Shown: one piece after another, positions 30,043-40,329 of the stretch
Layout of the letters: every line of letters starts with the position of its first letter
Numbering within the stretch: the first letter of the stretch is position 1
Source of the DNA: Nitrospirota bacterium
GTDB lineage: Bacteria > Nitrospirota > UBA9217
Direction of reading: 5' to 3'
Assembly (NCBI GenBank): GCA_963796285.1
Contig: CAWCKW010000003.1
Coordinates: forward strand, 290,128 to 354,127
DNA length: 64,000 bases
Notes under the pieces: model-generated
What the model saw: only the letters and a program-made list of their open reading frames with translations
Told to the model about the DNA's origin: nothing
The model's database searches: none
Made by a program: the position numbers and the translations under genes

Positions 30043-30366
30043 CTAATCCGTCATGAGTTCGCCCCGCATCACGGTTACCGCCTTGCCGGAGAGCATCACC
30101 CGGTCCGCGTCAATGCACACGCGCACCTCGCCGCCCCGTGCAGAGGCTTGATATGCGTTGAGTTGATAGCGTTTCAATTTCTTCTGCCAGTACGGCCCGA
30201 GACAGCAGTGAGCCGAACCGGTCACCGGGTCTTCGTTGATCCCGACACGGGGGGCAAAGAAGCGCGAGATAAAATCGTACTCCTTCGAAATAGATTGCGC
30301 CGTAACCATGACCCCGCGCATAGGCACGGTCTTGAGGAGCGAAAAATCAGGCGAGAGGCCGCGCAA
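30043..30366 (-). pseudogene. C-terminal fragment of a PhzF-family isomerase
   Basis: SRFFAPRVGINEDPVTGSAHC and QASARGG are present. The N-terminal half is absent, with only about 30 nt before the upstream gene. Confidence 0.8.
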
Positions 30367-30394
30367 ATACCAGCCGTAAGCGTGTCACTGAGGC

Positions 30395-31456
30395 CTACAC
30401 CTTGTCCAGCTTCTTCAGGAACCCGAACATGTCGAAGCCGGCGCTGATCAGCTCCTTCGCCCGCTCGACCTTCCGCTTCTCGCGGATGCTGGACCTCCCC
30501 ATGCGGAGTTCGATCTTGTTGATGGCGGAGAAGGTGTCGTCGGTAACGGTCAGTATGGGGACACCGCGGACGCGGGCCTTGTCGAGCACAACCTCATTCG
30601 TCCTGAACCCGCCGGTCAGGATGATGCACTTCGTCGAGGTCTCGAGCGCCGCCAGTTGAATGTCGGTGCGGTGAGCGCCGGTAATCACGGCCTTGTTCGG
30701 CGTCCTGCGGAAATAATTGAGCGCGCTGTCCACGTCCATGGCGCCGATCAGAAAGTTCTCCACGAATTCGCCGAGCTTGTCCTCGCAGCAGAGCACGTTG
30801 CCGTTCAAGATTTCATTCAACTGCCCCACGGTCACGGACTCGAGGAACTTGTCCTTGGGGATCACGCCAAAGACCGGCACGCCCTTCTTCTCGATAAAGG
30901 GTTTCACAATGTTCTTCACGTGCTCGATCATGCCTTCCGGCACCTTGTTGATCACGCTGCCTGCGTACCGCTTGCCGAGGATCGCCCGCACTCCGAAGAG
31001 CGAGTCCGCGGAGCTGTCTCCCCTCCAGGGCTCCACCATAAGCACCTTGGCCTTCATGTCTTCGGCAAGGGACAGCGCATCGATACCCAGGAGCGCGCCA
31101 TCAAAGAGGTCGCTGGCCCCACAGATGATGATGAAGTCCTTCTTCTTGATCGATTTGAATGCGGCCAGGACACGCTTCTTCGCGTCAACGGCCTTCCCCT
31201 GATAGAGCAGCGTCTGTTCCTCGTAGCTCATGACAAAAGGTGATATCACGTCGAGCGGCTCCTCAAGCTCAAGCATCTCCTTGAAGAACAGGCCATCGGC
31301 GTCATACACGTCCTTTCCGCTCTTCACCGGAATGGTGCCGAAAGGATGCATCACGCCCACCTTGTAGTCCATGTCCCTGAGCTTCAGGGCAAGGCCGAGG
31401 GTGAGAAAGGTCCGGCCGGCGAAACCGGTATTGGATGCGACGAAAATGGGAATCAT
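30395..31456 (-). CDS. Phosphotransacetylase-family protein (BioD-like N-domain plus DRTGG)
   Basis: Degenerate P-loop at the N-terminus. IGAM, VITGAHRTDIQLAALE, ILTGG. Confidence 0.88.
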   Translation of the reverse strand: MIPIFVASNTGFAGRTFLTLGLALKLRDMDYKVGVMHPFGTIPVKSGKDVYDADGLFFKEMLELEEPLDVISPFVMSYEEQTLLYQGKAVDAKKRVLAAFKSIKKKDFIIICGASDLFDGALLGIDALSLAEDMKAKVLMVEPWRGDSSADSLFGVRAILGKRYAGSVINKVPEGMIEHVKNIVKPFIEKKGVPVFGVIPKDKFLESVTVGQLNEILNGNVLCCEDKLGEFVENFLIGAMDVDSALNYFRRTPNKAVITGAHRTDIQLAALETSTKCIILTGGFRTNEVVLDKARVRGVPILTVTDDTFSAINKIELRMGRSSIREKRKVERAKELISAGFDMFGFLKKLDKV

Positions 31457-31534
31457 GAGAACCTCCTAAAAGAGTCAAGTAGCTTGAAGCAAGGGGCCAG
31501 GAAAATCAAAAGCCTGCATAACTATCAACCTCGT

Positions 31535-31883
31535 TCATCCCAGTGATTTAATAAGCCCCTTGATGATACGTGATGTTTCTTCCCGGATACTACCTACGAC
31601 ACAATACTCACTATCTGTCAAATATCCAAGATCTTTTGTCAGCAGTAGATAAGTCTCTACTTCTCCCAACGAGCCTTTTGCGATGTATAAAAACTGAAGA
31701 TATTCCTTACGATGCTTGAGCTCATATCCTTCCGCGATATTTGCCGGCACTGATACGGCGGCCCTCTGGAGATGAGAGTCCTTCTCGAGGAAATTTTTTT
31801 GACAGCTGGTAGACCACGAGAGTCAGTTCATATGCCTTCTTCCACGCATTCAGTGTCCGAAATCCTTTAACCTCTCTTTCCAT
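31535..31883 (-). pseudogene. Four-helix-bundle (23S rRNA IVS-like) protein, frameshifted
   Basis: ATG at 31883: MEREVKGFRTLNAWKKAYEL..KKFPRE. The frame changes near 31780, then SHLQRAAVSVPANIAEG..FLYIAKGSLGEVETYL. Confidence 0.8.
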
Positions 31884-31965
31884 AATGGTTTTCTCCTTTT
31901 CCCTTACTCCTTGACCCTTGGTGCATGCTACTTGATCCTAAATCCTTAACCCTTGCCCTATGACC

Positions 31966-34056
31966 CTATTTTTTAAAAATGATCCTCGCATCAAGCGCCA
32001 TCGCGCCCTGTTCCATCACCAAGAGCGGGTTCACATCCAGCTCCTGGATCTCGGGGAAGTCCGTCACGAGGCACGAGAGGTTAACGATGGAACCGGCAAT
32101 GGCGTCGATGTCAGCCGGCGGCTCGCCGCGGGCGCCGCGCAGAAGGCCGATGGTCTTGATCTCGTTCACCATGGCGACGGCGTTTTGCCGCGTCACGGGC
32201 ACGATCCTGAAGGCCACGTCCTTCAGCACCTCGACATAGATTCCGCCGAGGCCGAACATGATCATGTGGCCGAAGGTGCGGTCGTAGGTCACGCCGAGGA
32301 TCACTTCCTTGCCGCCTTTCAGCATTTCAGAGATCATCACTCCCTTGATGAAGGCATCGGGCATGATGCGCCGCGCATTGGATGTTATCTCCAGGAATGC
32401 GTCTTCCGCCTTGTTCGGCGTTTTCACGTTCACCCGCACTCCGCCTACGTCGGTCTTGTGCAGGATATCGGGTGACGAGATCTTCATCACCACCGGGAAC
32501 CCGATCTGCGAAGCCATCTGGACCGCCTCTTTAGAGGTCCTGGCGAGCGCCCGCTTCGGGAACCGGAATCCGTAATAGGTCAGGATCTGCATGGCCTCGT
32601 CTTCGCCCACCTGGGTGACGCCATTCTTGAGAATGGAAGCGATAGTATCCGCTGCTGCGTCGACATTATGCCAGCAGGTCACCGCTTCATCGCCGGCGAC
32701 GGCTGTCCACGCCCGCTGGTCCGCCAGACGCTTGAAGGCCTTGACGGCCAGCTCGGGGTAGGAGAAATTCGGGATCGATGCGGCCTTGAGCAGTTCGATG
32801 CCCGCGCGCACACGCTTCGCGCCCATGAAGGACGTGATGACCGGCTTCTCCGTGGACTTCGCCGTTGTGATGACCGCTGCGGCGGTCTTTTCCATGTCCG
32901 TCATGGCCTGGGGCGTAAGGATCACGAGGATCCCGTCCACGTTCGGGTCTTTGGCAGCCTGTTCGAGCACGACCGCATAGCGCTCGGATGTAGCGTCACC
33001 GATCACGTCGATAGGATTGAAGACCGAGGCGTTCAACGGGAGCTTGCCGACCACGGCGTCGATGTGTGCTTTAGTCATGTGCGGCAGCTTTATGCCGAGC
33101 CGTTCGGCCGCATCCGCTGCAATGATCCCCGGCCCCCCCGCGTTCGTGATCACGAGCAGGCTGTTCCCTGCCGGGATCTTACCCTCGGAAAAGGCGAGTG
33201 CGGTATCGAACAGGTCCTGCACGCCCTGGGCGCGTATCACGCCGGTCTGCTTGAACGCCGCGTCAAAGGAAACGTCGGACCCCGCGAGCGCGCCGGTGTG
33301 GGAAGAGGCCGCGCGCGCACCTGCTTCGGTGCCGCCGGATTTGAGAAGAATGATGGGTTTGACCTTGGTGACTTTTTGCGCGATCTCGATAAAGCGTTTG
33401 CCGTCGACCACGTCCTCGATATAGCCGAGGATGAGGCTCGTGTCAGGGTCGTTCATAAAGTACTCGATAAGGTCGATCTCCGACAGGTCCGCCTTGTTCC
33501 CGAGGCTGATGAACTTCGAGAACCCGACATCGTTCCCGATGGCCCAGTCCATGATCGCGATGCCCATGGCGCCGGACTGGGAGAAGAAGCCGATCGTGCC
33601 TTTTGGCAGCATGTCCGCCGCAAAGGTGGCGTTCATATCATTTGCGGTGTTGATGAGACCGAGGCAGTTCGGCCCCAGGATGCGGATGTGCTGCACCTGG
33701 CTTATCTGTTTAAGCTCTTCTTCGAGAAGCGTGCCGCCTGCGCCCGCTTCTTTGAACCCCGCGCTGATGACGATGGCCGACTTGATGCCCGCTGCCGCGC
33801 ATTCACGGAGCGAGGCGGGAACGAATTTCGCGGGGATGACGATGATCGCAAGGTCGACGGGTTGTCCGATGTCCGATACGTTTGCGTATACCTTGAGCCC
33901 CAGGATCTCTCCGCGCGACAGGTTGACAGGATACAACGCGCCCCTGAACTTGAACCGCAGGAGATTGTTCAGCACTGCATGCCCGACCTTCTTCGGGTCC
34001 GCGGACGCGCCGATGACGGCAATGGCATTGGGATTGAAAAGGCTTTCGAGCATCAT
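31966..34056 (-). CDS. ADP-forming acetate/acyl-CoA ligase (fused alpha/beta)
   Basis: IAVIGAS, GPNCLG, SQSGA, SHTGALAG, NPIDVIGDA, HKTDVGGV, ELDVNPL. Confidence 0.92.
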   Translation of the reverse strand: MMLESLFNPNAIAVIGASADPKKVGHAVLNNLLRFKFRGALYPVNLSRGEILGLKVYANVSDIGQPVDLAIIVIPAKFVPASLRECAAAGIKSAIVISAGFKEAGAGGTLLEEELKQISQVQHIRILGPNCLGLINTANDMNATFAADMLPKGTIGFFSQSGAMGIAIMDWAIGNDVGFSKFISLGNKADLSEIDLIEYFMNDPDTSLILGYIEDVVDGKRFIEIAQKVTKVKPIILLKSGGTEAGARAASSHTGALAGSDVSFDAAFKQTGVIRAQGVQDLFDTALAFSEGKIPAGNSLLVITNAGGPGIIAADAAERLGIKLPHMTKAHIDAVVGKLPLNASVFNPIDVIGDATSERYAVVLEQAAKDPNVDGILVILTPQAMTDMEKTAAAVITTAKSTEKPVITSFMGAKRVRAGIELLKAASIPNFSYPELAVKAFKRLADQRAWTAVAGDEAVTCWHNVDAAADTIASILKNGVTQVGEDEAMQILTYYGFRFPKRALARTSKEAVQMASQIGFPVVMKISSPDILHKTDVGGVRVNVKTPNKAEDAFLEITSNARRIMPDAFIKGVMISEMLKGGKEVILGVTYDRTFGHMIMFGLGGIYVEVLKDVAFRIVPVTRQNAVAMVNEIKTIGLLRGARGEPPADIDAIAGSIVNLSCLVTDFPEIQELDVNPLLVMEQGAMALDARIIFKK

Positions 34057-34606
34057 AGTGTTAGTCTAGATGAGAATCAGCAAGGGGTCAAGAGAGAAAG
34101 AAAAACGACTCATGTCCGCTCAACCGCCGGGGCCGCCTGCTACGATACTTCGTGACCCGTCCAAACCGCAGCCGAAAGGTCATGGCTAAAAGGCGTCTCG
34201 CGCAAAGCCGTACCCTGCTGTTGCCAATGCGCGGGCACAAGCAAAGGACACAAGGGAAGTCTTTATGTCGCGGCTAAAAACAATCGATTTGGCCTTTCTT
34301 TTCGGGCATACCGACTCAGTGTTCGCCTCATTCTTGGTCATTGAGCGATATATCATTCTTACAACGCATTTCCGTGTGTCTCTGCAAACCGGAATATTAT
34401 GTATACGATCCTCACTTTATGCTATACTTCGACCTACGCTGAGAATGTCAAAGAGGGAGAATCTATGCAGCTTTCATCCGTTGTCAGTACTGCCGCTTGC
34501 GTCATGCGGCTGATCTATTATTGCCTAGATTCGGCATCAGGTATATATTCACCCATGATACTGCTATAAGGTGACGAAGTATACGATCAGGGAGCGATAA
34601 GATAAT

Positions 34607-34840
34607 ATGAAAAGTACTTGGCCGTTGATCATCGCAGCTCTCGTAATAATCCTTGTGCTCGTTTTTCTTTCATCCGCAGGGAAGAAGGCGCCGTTTATTC
34701 CGCCCGACAATATTCACCATGCTATAACGACACAGGAGGTTTGTGTAGCTTGTCATGCACCCGGCAAAGAGGCGCCGTTGAAAGCGAGCCATCCCCCGAA
34801 AGAACAATGCCTTATTTGCCACAAGGTAAATAAAAGTTGA
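34607..34840 (+). CDS. Small membrane-anchored diheme cytochrome c
   Basis: 77 aa with N-terminal TM, CVACH and CLICH, and extra His residues as candidate distal ligands. Confidence 0.85.
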   Translation: MKSTWPLIIAALVIILVLVFLSSAGKKAPFIPPDNIHHAITTQEVCVACHAPGKEAPLKASHPPKEQCLICHKVNKS

Positions 34841-35314
34841 TCCTTTATATGGACAGGAAGTGAGAAGCTATACCCGAACTTGTTGTAGTTTCCATTTTTT
34901 GAAACTCATAACGTATCAACCTGTATTCTTTACTGTCTACCCATAATATCCCCATTCGAATTTGAAAAATATGCTCTTGTATTGACTTGCTCGTTTGTAT
35001 ATAGTATCGGACAGACTGGCTGAGTTGCTGGCGCCGGCCGCGGGCTTCAACCCCGTTGGGCAACCGTGCATGGTTTGTCTTCGGTTCGATTCCGTAGCCT
35101 GTCTCCATATGACATCAAGGTCGAGAGAAGAAACATCTTCATAGCGTTCCACTTCGCTCCACGATATTGAGTGCATAGTACAATCAGTTGCCGACAATGG
35201 CTTACACTTCCCGAATATACAGGTTTGTAGGTGAAGCAATTAACTTTGAGAAGATAATTCCATTCAAGATTTACAGATGATGTCTATCCTCTGCATTTCA
35301 GATATGAGGTGCTT

Positions 35315-35785
35315 ATGAAACTCTCCTGGTTCTCCTTTTATAGTCTCATCCTCGCCCTCTGGGTCGGCGGCATGTCGATCTTCACCTTCATCGTCACCCC
35401 GGTGATCTTCAAGTCCTACCCTAGGGACCAGGCGGGCGAGATCGTCGGGAGACTTTTCCCCGGCTATTTTCTGTACAACCTTGTCCTTGCCGCTCTGGTC
35501 CTCATTTTGTTCTTTATCGTGGCGAATGACCAGTCAAAACTCGCATATCGGCTCTCGCTGGTGTGTGCGGTAACGGCACTACTCATCAACCTGTTCATCG
35601 TGTTCAAGCTCCATCCCGACGCGGTCAGGATAAAACAGCAGGTGACGTCTTTCGAGCGCGAATCGCCCGATTCTCCGGCGAGAAAACAGTTCAGGAAGCT
35701 GCATGGTGTCAGCGCGGTCCTGAACCTAGTCCTGCTCGCGGAAGGGATTACGCTGCTGGTCACCGGGCCGCTGGTCAGGAAATGA
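35315..35785 (+). CDS. DUF4149/TMEM205-like membrane protein
   Basis: Four TMs. P..F..PRDQAGEIVGRLFPGY and FRKLHGVS..LN. Confidence 0.85.
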   Translation: MKLSWFSFYSLILALWVGGMSIFTFIVTPVIFKSYPRDQAGEIVGRLFPGYFLYNLVLAALVLILFFIVANDQSKLAYRLSLVCAVTALLINLFIVFKLHPDAVRIKQQVTSFERESPDSPARKQFRKLHGVSAVLNLVLLAEGITLLVTGPLVRK

Positions 35786-35896
35786 CAACGCGTCGTTGTT
35801 GGCTAAAATCACGGTATAGCATAATGTATTCTGTAATTTTTTCTTGACTTTTATTGCCGAATAATAGATATTACCACTCTCCAAGTGGTTGGAACC

Positions 35897-35972
35897 GGGC
35901 GGATAGCTCAGCTGGGAGAGCACAGCCCTTACAAGGCTGGGGTCACAGGTTCGATCCCTGTTCCGCCTACCA
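35897..35972 (+). tRNA. tRNA-Val(TAC)
   Basis: 76-nt cloverleaf, anticodon loop CTTACAA, GTTCGAT T-loop, CCA end. Confidence 0.97.
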
Positions 35973-36050
35973 TTATTTCGAAATACAGTTTTGAATTTAG
36001 TTCATAGTCTCTACTACGAGCTCACAACGCAGCACTCACAACTCATTCCT

Positions 36051-36127
<77 letters not shown>

Positions 36128-36156
36128 TTTATTTTGAACACCAGCAGAAGATAACA

Positions 36157-36188
36157 AAAAAGCCGGGGCATGCTGCCTCGGCTTTTTT
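36157..36188. terminator. Bidirectional terminator between the tRNAs and pepF
   Basis: AAAAAGCCGGGGCA-TGC-TGCCTCGGCTTTTTT. Confidence 0.8.
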
Positions 36189-36215
36189 GTGTCTGAACCA
36201 TCACCATGTATCTAT

Positions 36216-38045
36216 TTATTTTTTGATCTTCCCCAGCCGCTTCGCCAGGCGCTCGGTCTCGTCCAGCAGATTCTCCACCTCATCCAACCCCTTGTCCCAG
36301 AACCGCTCGTCCGAAATATCGATCCCGAGCCTGCTAAAGATGTTCTTCGGCGAGTCAGAGAGTCCTGCAGAGAGAAATTCTTTTACCTGGACGATGAACG
36401 CCGGGTCCCGCTTCACCGAATTCTGGAGCGACTTGGAAATGAGCAGGCCGCTCGCGTAGGAGTAGACATAGAAGAAATACCGGATATGGTTCCAGTAGAC
36501 CCACCAGTTCTCCGAACCCTCTGATTGCTCAACGGCACGCCCCATGTATGCCGCCATGTGCTTCTGGAACAGTTTGCCGATCTCCTCTTTCGAAAGATAT
36601 CCCTTTGCCCTGAAATCCTTGTGCAATTCCTGCTCGAAGCGATAGCACGCCACCTGTCGAAAGATGGAGGAGACATCGTCGTTCAGCTTCTGCATCATGA
36701 TGGCAAGCCGCAGCTCGTCGTCCGCAGCGTGCAGGATCTCGTCGAGCACGAAGTCTTCCATGAACGTGCTCGCGACCTCGGCAGTCGAAGTCGGAGTGCC
36801 GAAGTCCAGGGCGTGCTGCTTCCTTTTAATGAGCTCGTTGTTGATGCCGTGGCCCAGCTCGTGCGCAATGGTCAGCACATCGTGCAGCTTGCCGGTATGG
36901 TTCAGGAGAATATAGGTAGGCTGGACCATGAGGTGATGCATGCAGAACGCGCCGCTGTCCTTGCCCTTTTTCGGATAGGCGTCGATCTGGCCGTTGTGAA
37001 CGAACCCGGCAAAGATGTCGGCGAAATCCGGGTCAAGTTTGCCCATCACCCTGTGGACGAGGTCCACGGACATCGAATAGGGGTAGCGCCGTGCCATCGT
37101 CCCGTATTCCACGTTTCGTTCGTGATAGGCGAGTTTCCTGACCTTCAGCAGCCTTGCCTTGAGCGCGTAATACCGCACCGGGATAGCGAAACGCCTTGAT
37201 ACCGATTCGATCAGAGCGTCCACCACCTCGCTATCGATATCATCGGCAAGGTGACGGAGCGTATCGGGCCGGGGCGAGCTGCGGAGCTCGTCGTCGATCT
37301 TTTTGTTTGCGAACACGGAATTGATCTCGGCCTCGGCGACCTCGGCGTTCTTCGCCAGAACATCGTTGAACGCCTTTGCCGCACTGTCGCGCACCCGTTT
37401 TTTCTTGCTGTTCATCATCCCGACGATTTCCGAGAAGGGCATGACCTTCCGCTTCCCCTCCTCCGTAACCACAGCGCGTTCTTCCTTCGACAGGAACCCC
37501 GCCGTCATCCGCGTCCAGTTCGACGAGGACGTTGCGGACTTGAGGTTCAGGATCTTCTCTTCTGGCTCGCTCAGGTGATAGCGCGACTCGGCAAAGATCC
37601 GCTCCAAAAAATGGCGGTATCTGGCAAGACCCTCGTACTCAATAAATCCTTTCTGCAATTCAGGTTTTATCCTGGCGATGCGCAGGTAAAAGAACTGGCT
37701 CTCGTTCTCGAGCTTTTTGCTGAACTCATCGATCTTGTTGAACCTGGCCTTCAGCTTCGGATCGTTCTGGTCCTGGTGGATCCTGAGCCAGAAATAGTAG
37801 CCTTCATTACCGTCGGTAAAATACTCTCGCTTCCACGATTCATATTGGTCCAGCGCCTGCCGCAGGATTGCCGGGTCTTCGAGATAATCAGCGCGGTCCT
37901 TCCAGGCGTTGATGAACTCATAGCTCTTTTTCTCGACGAGTTTCCGCGATTCCCCGATCCGTGGATCGTTATCGCCCGCGAACAGCGGCTTCAGGTTCCA
38001 GGCAGACCGGCCGACCTTTAATGATATTTTTTGAAAACGAGGCAT
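36216..38045 (-). CDS. pepF: M3B oligoendopeptidase F
   Basis: GKDSGAFC, TIAHELGH, AEVASTF, FYVYSYASG. Confidence 0.88.
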   Translation of the reverse strand: MPRFQKISLKVGRSAWNLKPLFAGDNDPRIGESRKLVEKKSYEFINAWKDRADYLEDPAILRQALDQYESWKREYFTDGNEGYYFWLRIHQDQNDPKLKARFNKIDEFSKKLENESQFFYLRIARIKPELQKGFIEYEGLARYRHFLERIFAESRYHLSEPEEKILNLKSATSSSNWTRMTAGFLSKEERAVVTEEGKRKVMPFSEIVGMMNSKKKRVRDSAAKAFNDVLAKNAEVAEAEINSVFANKKIDDELRSSPRPDTLRHLADDIDSEVVDALIESVSRRFAIPVRYYALKARLLKVRKLAYHERNVEYGTMARRYPYSMSVDLVHRVMGKLDPDFADIFAGFVHNGQIDAYPKKGKDSGAFCMHHLMVQPTYILLNHTGKLHDVLTIAHELGHGINNELIKRKQHALDFGTPTSTAEVASTFMEDFVLDEILHAADDELRLAIMMQKLNDDVSSIFRQVACYRFEQELHKDFRAKGYLSKEEIGKLFQKHMAAYMGRAVEQSEGSENWWVYWNHIRYFFYVYSYASGLLISKSLQNSVKRDPAFIVQVKEFLSAGLSDSPKNIFSRLGIDISDERFWDKGLDEVENLLDETERLAKRLGKIKK

Positions 38046-38308
38046 CCCCGCTCCTTCGTTACAGCAGATTATATATATGATTGTGCACAGTATACTCGCT
38101 CTTGCTCATACTGTCCAGTAACTGCCGGGAGCGTGTAAATGAATACATACTGTATTGCCGCGATGAACTCCGCATTTTCCAAAGGAACTGGTCTTTACCA
38201 TCTGTATTTGTCCCCCGGCCTTCTCAGGACAAGTTTCACCTCGCGGTCTTCAATCCGATTAATTCCGCCCTACTTAAGGACCTGATTAACGTGGCCTCTC
38301 ACCAGGAA

Positions 38309-38668
38309 TCATAGTACCTCTTCATCCTCTTTATGCCAGGCCGGATCAACGATGCATATGAATTTGAGGTCTGTGTTTCCGGAATTCGTGATGCACTGCG
38401 CCGCCATCGGCGGGATATACACCGTCGAGCCGGAACGGACAGGCGCGTTCTCGTTCTCGATATGCATAACGCCTTCGCCTTCCAGTATATAGTAGACCTC
38501 CGATGTCTTGAGCCGGTGCCGCCATGTTGTATCGCCGGGCTTCACAATAGCGTGTGCCAGGCTGTAACGAAGCGCGAGGTTTTCCTTGGCCGGGTGCAGG
38601 ATTTCACGCAGCGTGCAGTTGTCTCCTGCGATGAATTCTTCACAGTCTTTTAATTCGCGGATGAACAT
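38309..38668 (-). CDS. Cupin domain protein
   Basis: SLAHA..HRLKTSEVYYILEGEG..VYIPP. Confidence 0.88.
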   Translation of the reverse strand: MFIRELKDCEEFIAGDNCTLREILHPAKENLALRYSLAHAIVKPGDTTWRHRLKTSEVYYILEGEGVMHIENENAPVRSGSTVYIPPMAAQCITNSGNTDLKFICIVDPAWHKEDEEVL

Positions 38669-39005
38669 TGTAAAAGATCCTCCTTCCACGGGATATCTAA
38701 CCCGGACAGACCGGACCCTAGAGAAACCAAGTCAAAGTCATTGATAGGGATAACGACGGATGAAACTTATGCAAAATCTTGATCCTTCATCATTCGAGCA
38801 GTGAGAATCAGCGTCAATGAAGTCGACTTTTTCCTGCCCATTTTTAGTAGAAAACGATTCGTTAATCACTCCAGTTACCATAGCATACCGTGAGGTTTTA
38901 ATCAAAATAAAGAGGGAGACCGTCGGAAAAAGATCCGACCGGAGTTGATTTCCTATCCAACTTCATATACAATTATATTATCAGGAAAGGGCCGGGGCAT
39001 GCATC

Positions 39006-40313
39006 GTGGACAGCACAGGCAAAACAACCGACGAGTTGACAAATAAGACCGAAGCGCTGCCGCTGCAGGAGGATTCGCTGTTCAGGACGCTCTTCCAAAA
39101 AGCCGCGATGGGTATGGCAATCGTCGATGCCGCCGGCCGCTTTGTCGAATACAATCCCAGGCTCGCGACAATGCTCGGCTACGACAAGCAGGAACTCATC
39201 AACAGGCATTTCACCGAGTTCACCCACCCTGAAGACCGGCCCTCAGATGCCGCCCAGTACAGGGAACTGCTCGAAAAAATGAGGGGTTCCTACCAGATGG
39301 CGATCCGTTGTATCAGAAAGGACGGAGGAATCATCTGGGGACTTCTTGCCGTCTCCCTTATCCGCGACTGGGAGGGCGCACCTCTTTTTGCAATCCGCAT
39401 GATCGAGGACATCACGGACCGCAAGCGGGCCGAAGAGGCCATTGTCAAGTCGCGCAATTTTTATCTTTCGCTGATCGATGAGCTGCCGAACCCCATCCGC
39501 CGCACCGATGCCGATGGAAAGTGCGAATATTTCAATAAGTCATGGCTCGCGCACACGGGGAGGACATTGAAACAGGAGATCGGTGAGGCCTGGGCCCAGA
39601 ACGTCCATCCCGAAGACAGGGACCGGCTCCTGACACGCCAGTCCAAATCGTTCAGCTCCCGCCGTTCTTACGTGACGGAATACCGGCTCCGGTATTATAA
39701 CGGGAACTACCGCTGGGTCGTGGAATTCGGGAGCCCCTTCCACGAAATTGACGGGTCATTCGGCGGATACATCAGTTCTTGCTATGACATACAGGACCGA
39801 AAGACCATGGAGAAGACGCTCCAGATCATGTCCACGACCGACGAACTCACCGGCCTCCTCAACCGTCGCGGATTTTTTACCTTCGCCAAGCAGCAGGTGA
39901 AGCTGGCGAACAGAAACAATAAAAAGCTCCTCCTCTTCTATATGGACCTCGACGGACTGAAAAAGATCAATGACACGATCGGCCATTCCGAAGGGGACTT
40001 GGCGCTGGTCGAAGCCGCGACGGTCCTCAAGGAGATCTTCCGCGACTCAGACATCATCGGCCGGCTGGGAGGGGACGAGTTCGCGGTCCTGCTGTTCGAA
40101 CCGATAAGCTCCTCCGACGAGCAGGCAATCTTCACCCGCTTGAGCGAGACACTGCGGGAGAGAAATGCACGGCCGGGGCGCCTCTATACCCTTGAGCTCA
40201 GCACCGGGATAAAATCCTATGATCCGGCATATCCGTGTTCCCTTAGCGAACTTATCTCACGGGCGGACACCCTCATGTACAAGGAGAAGAGATCGAAATC
40301 CCGGGCACAGTGA
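39006..40313 (+). CDS. PAS-PAS-GGDEF diguanylate cyclase
   Basis: Two PAS/PAC units (THPED, VHPED), DELTGLLNRR, RDSD I-site, GGDEF. Confidence 0.93.
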   Translation: MDSTGKTTDELTNKTEALPLQEDSLFRTLFQKAAMGMAIVDAAGRFVEYNPRLATMLGYDKQELINRHFTEFTHPEDRPSDAAQYRELLEKMRGSYQMAIRCIRKDGGIIWGLLAVSLIRDWEGAPLFAIRMIEDITDRKRAEEAIVKSRNFYLSLIDELPNPIRRTDADGKCEYFNKSWLAHTGRTLKQEIGEAWAQNVHPEDRDRLLTRQSKSFSSRRSYVTEYRLRYYNGNYRWVVEFGSPFHEIDGSFGGYISSCYDIQDRKTMEKTLQIMSTTDELTGLLNRRGFFTFAKQQVKLANRNNKKLLLFYMDLDGLKKINDTIGHSEGDLALVEAATVLKEIFRDSDIIGRLGGDEFAVLLFEPISSSDEQAIFTRLSETLRERNARPGRLYTLELSTGIKSYDPAYPCSLSELISRADTLMYKEKRSKSRAQ

Positions 40314-40329
40314 TCATTAGCCCCCATCC

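Noticed and set aside
32668-34155. Long antisense ORFs (here and at 4073..4996, 7801..8820, 37251..38021 and others)
   Set aside because: They lie opposite well-supported genes, as expected from GC-rich codon bias.
34160-34215. CAAACC..GAAA..CGCAAAGCC resembling a second GEMM riboswitch
   Set aside because: The spacing is wrong, there is no convincing P2/P3 pairing and there is no expression platform.
34845-35239. Two overlapping short minus-strand ORFs
   Set aside because: They have no clear SD or recognisable motif and are probably decayed or non-coding.
39006-40313. GGDEF protein as the cGAMP synthase for the riboswitch
   Set aside because: It reads NDTIGHSEGD, with the canonical Asp. 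Hypr cGAMP synthases have Ser or Thr there, so this looks like an ordinary diguanylate cyclase.
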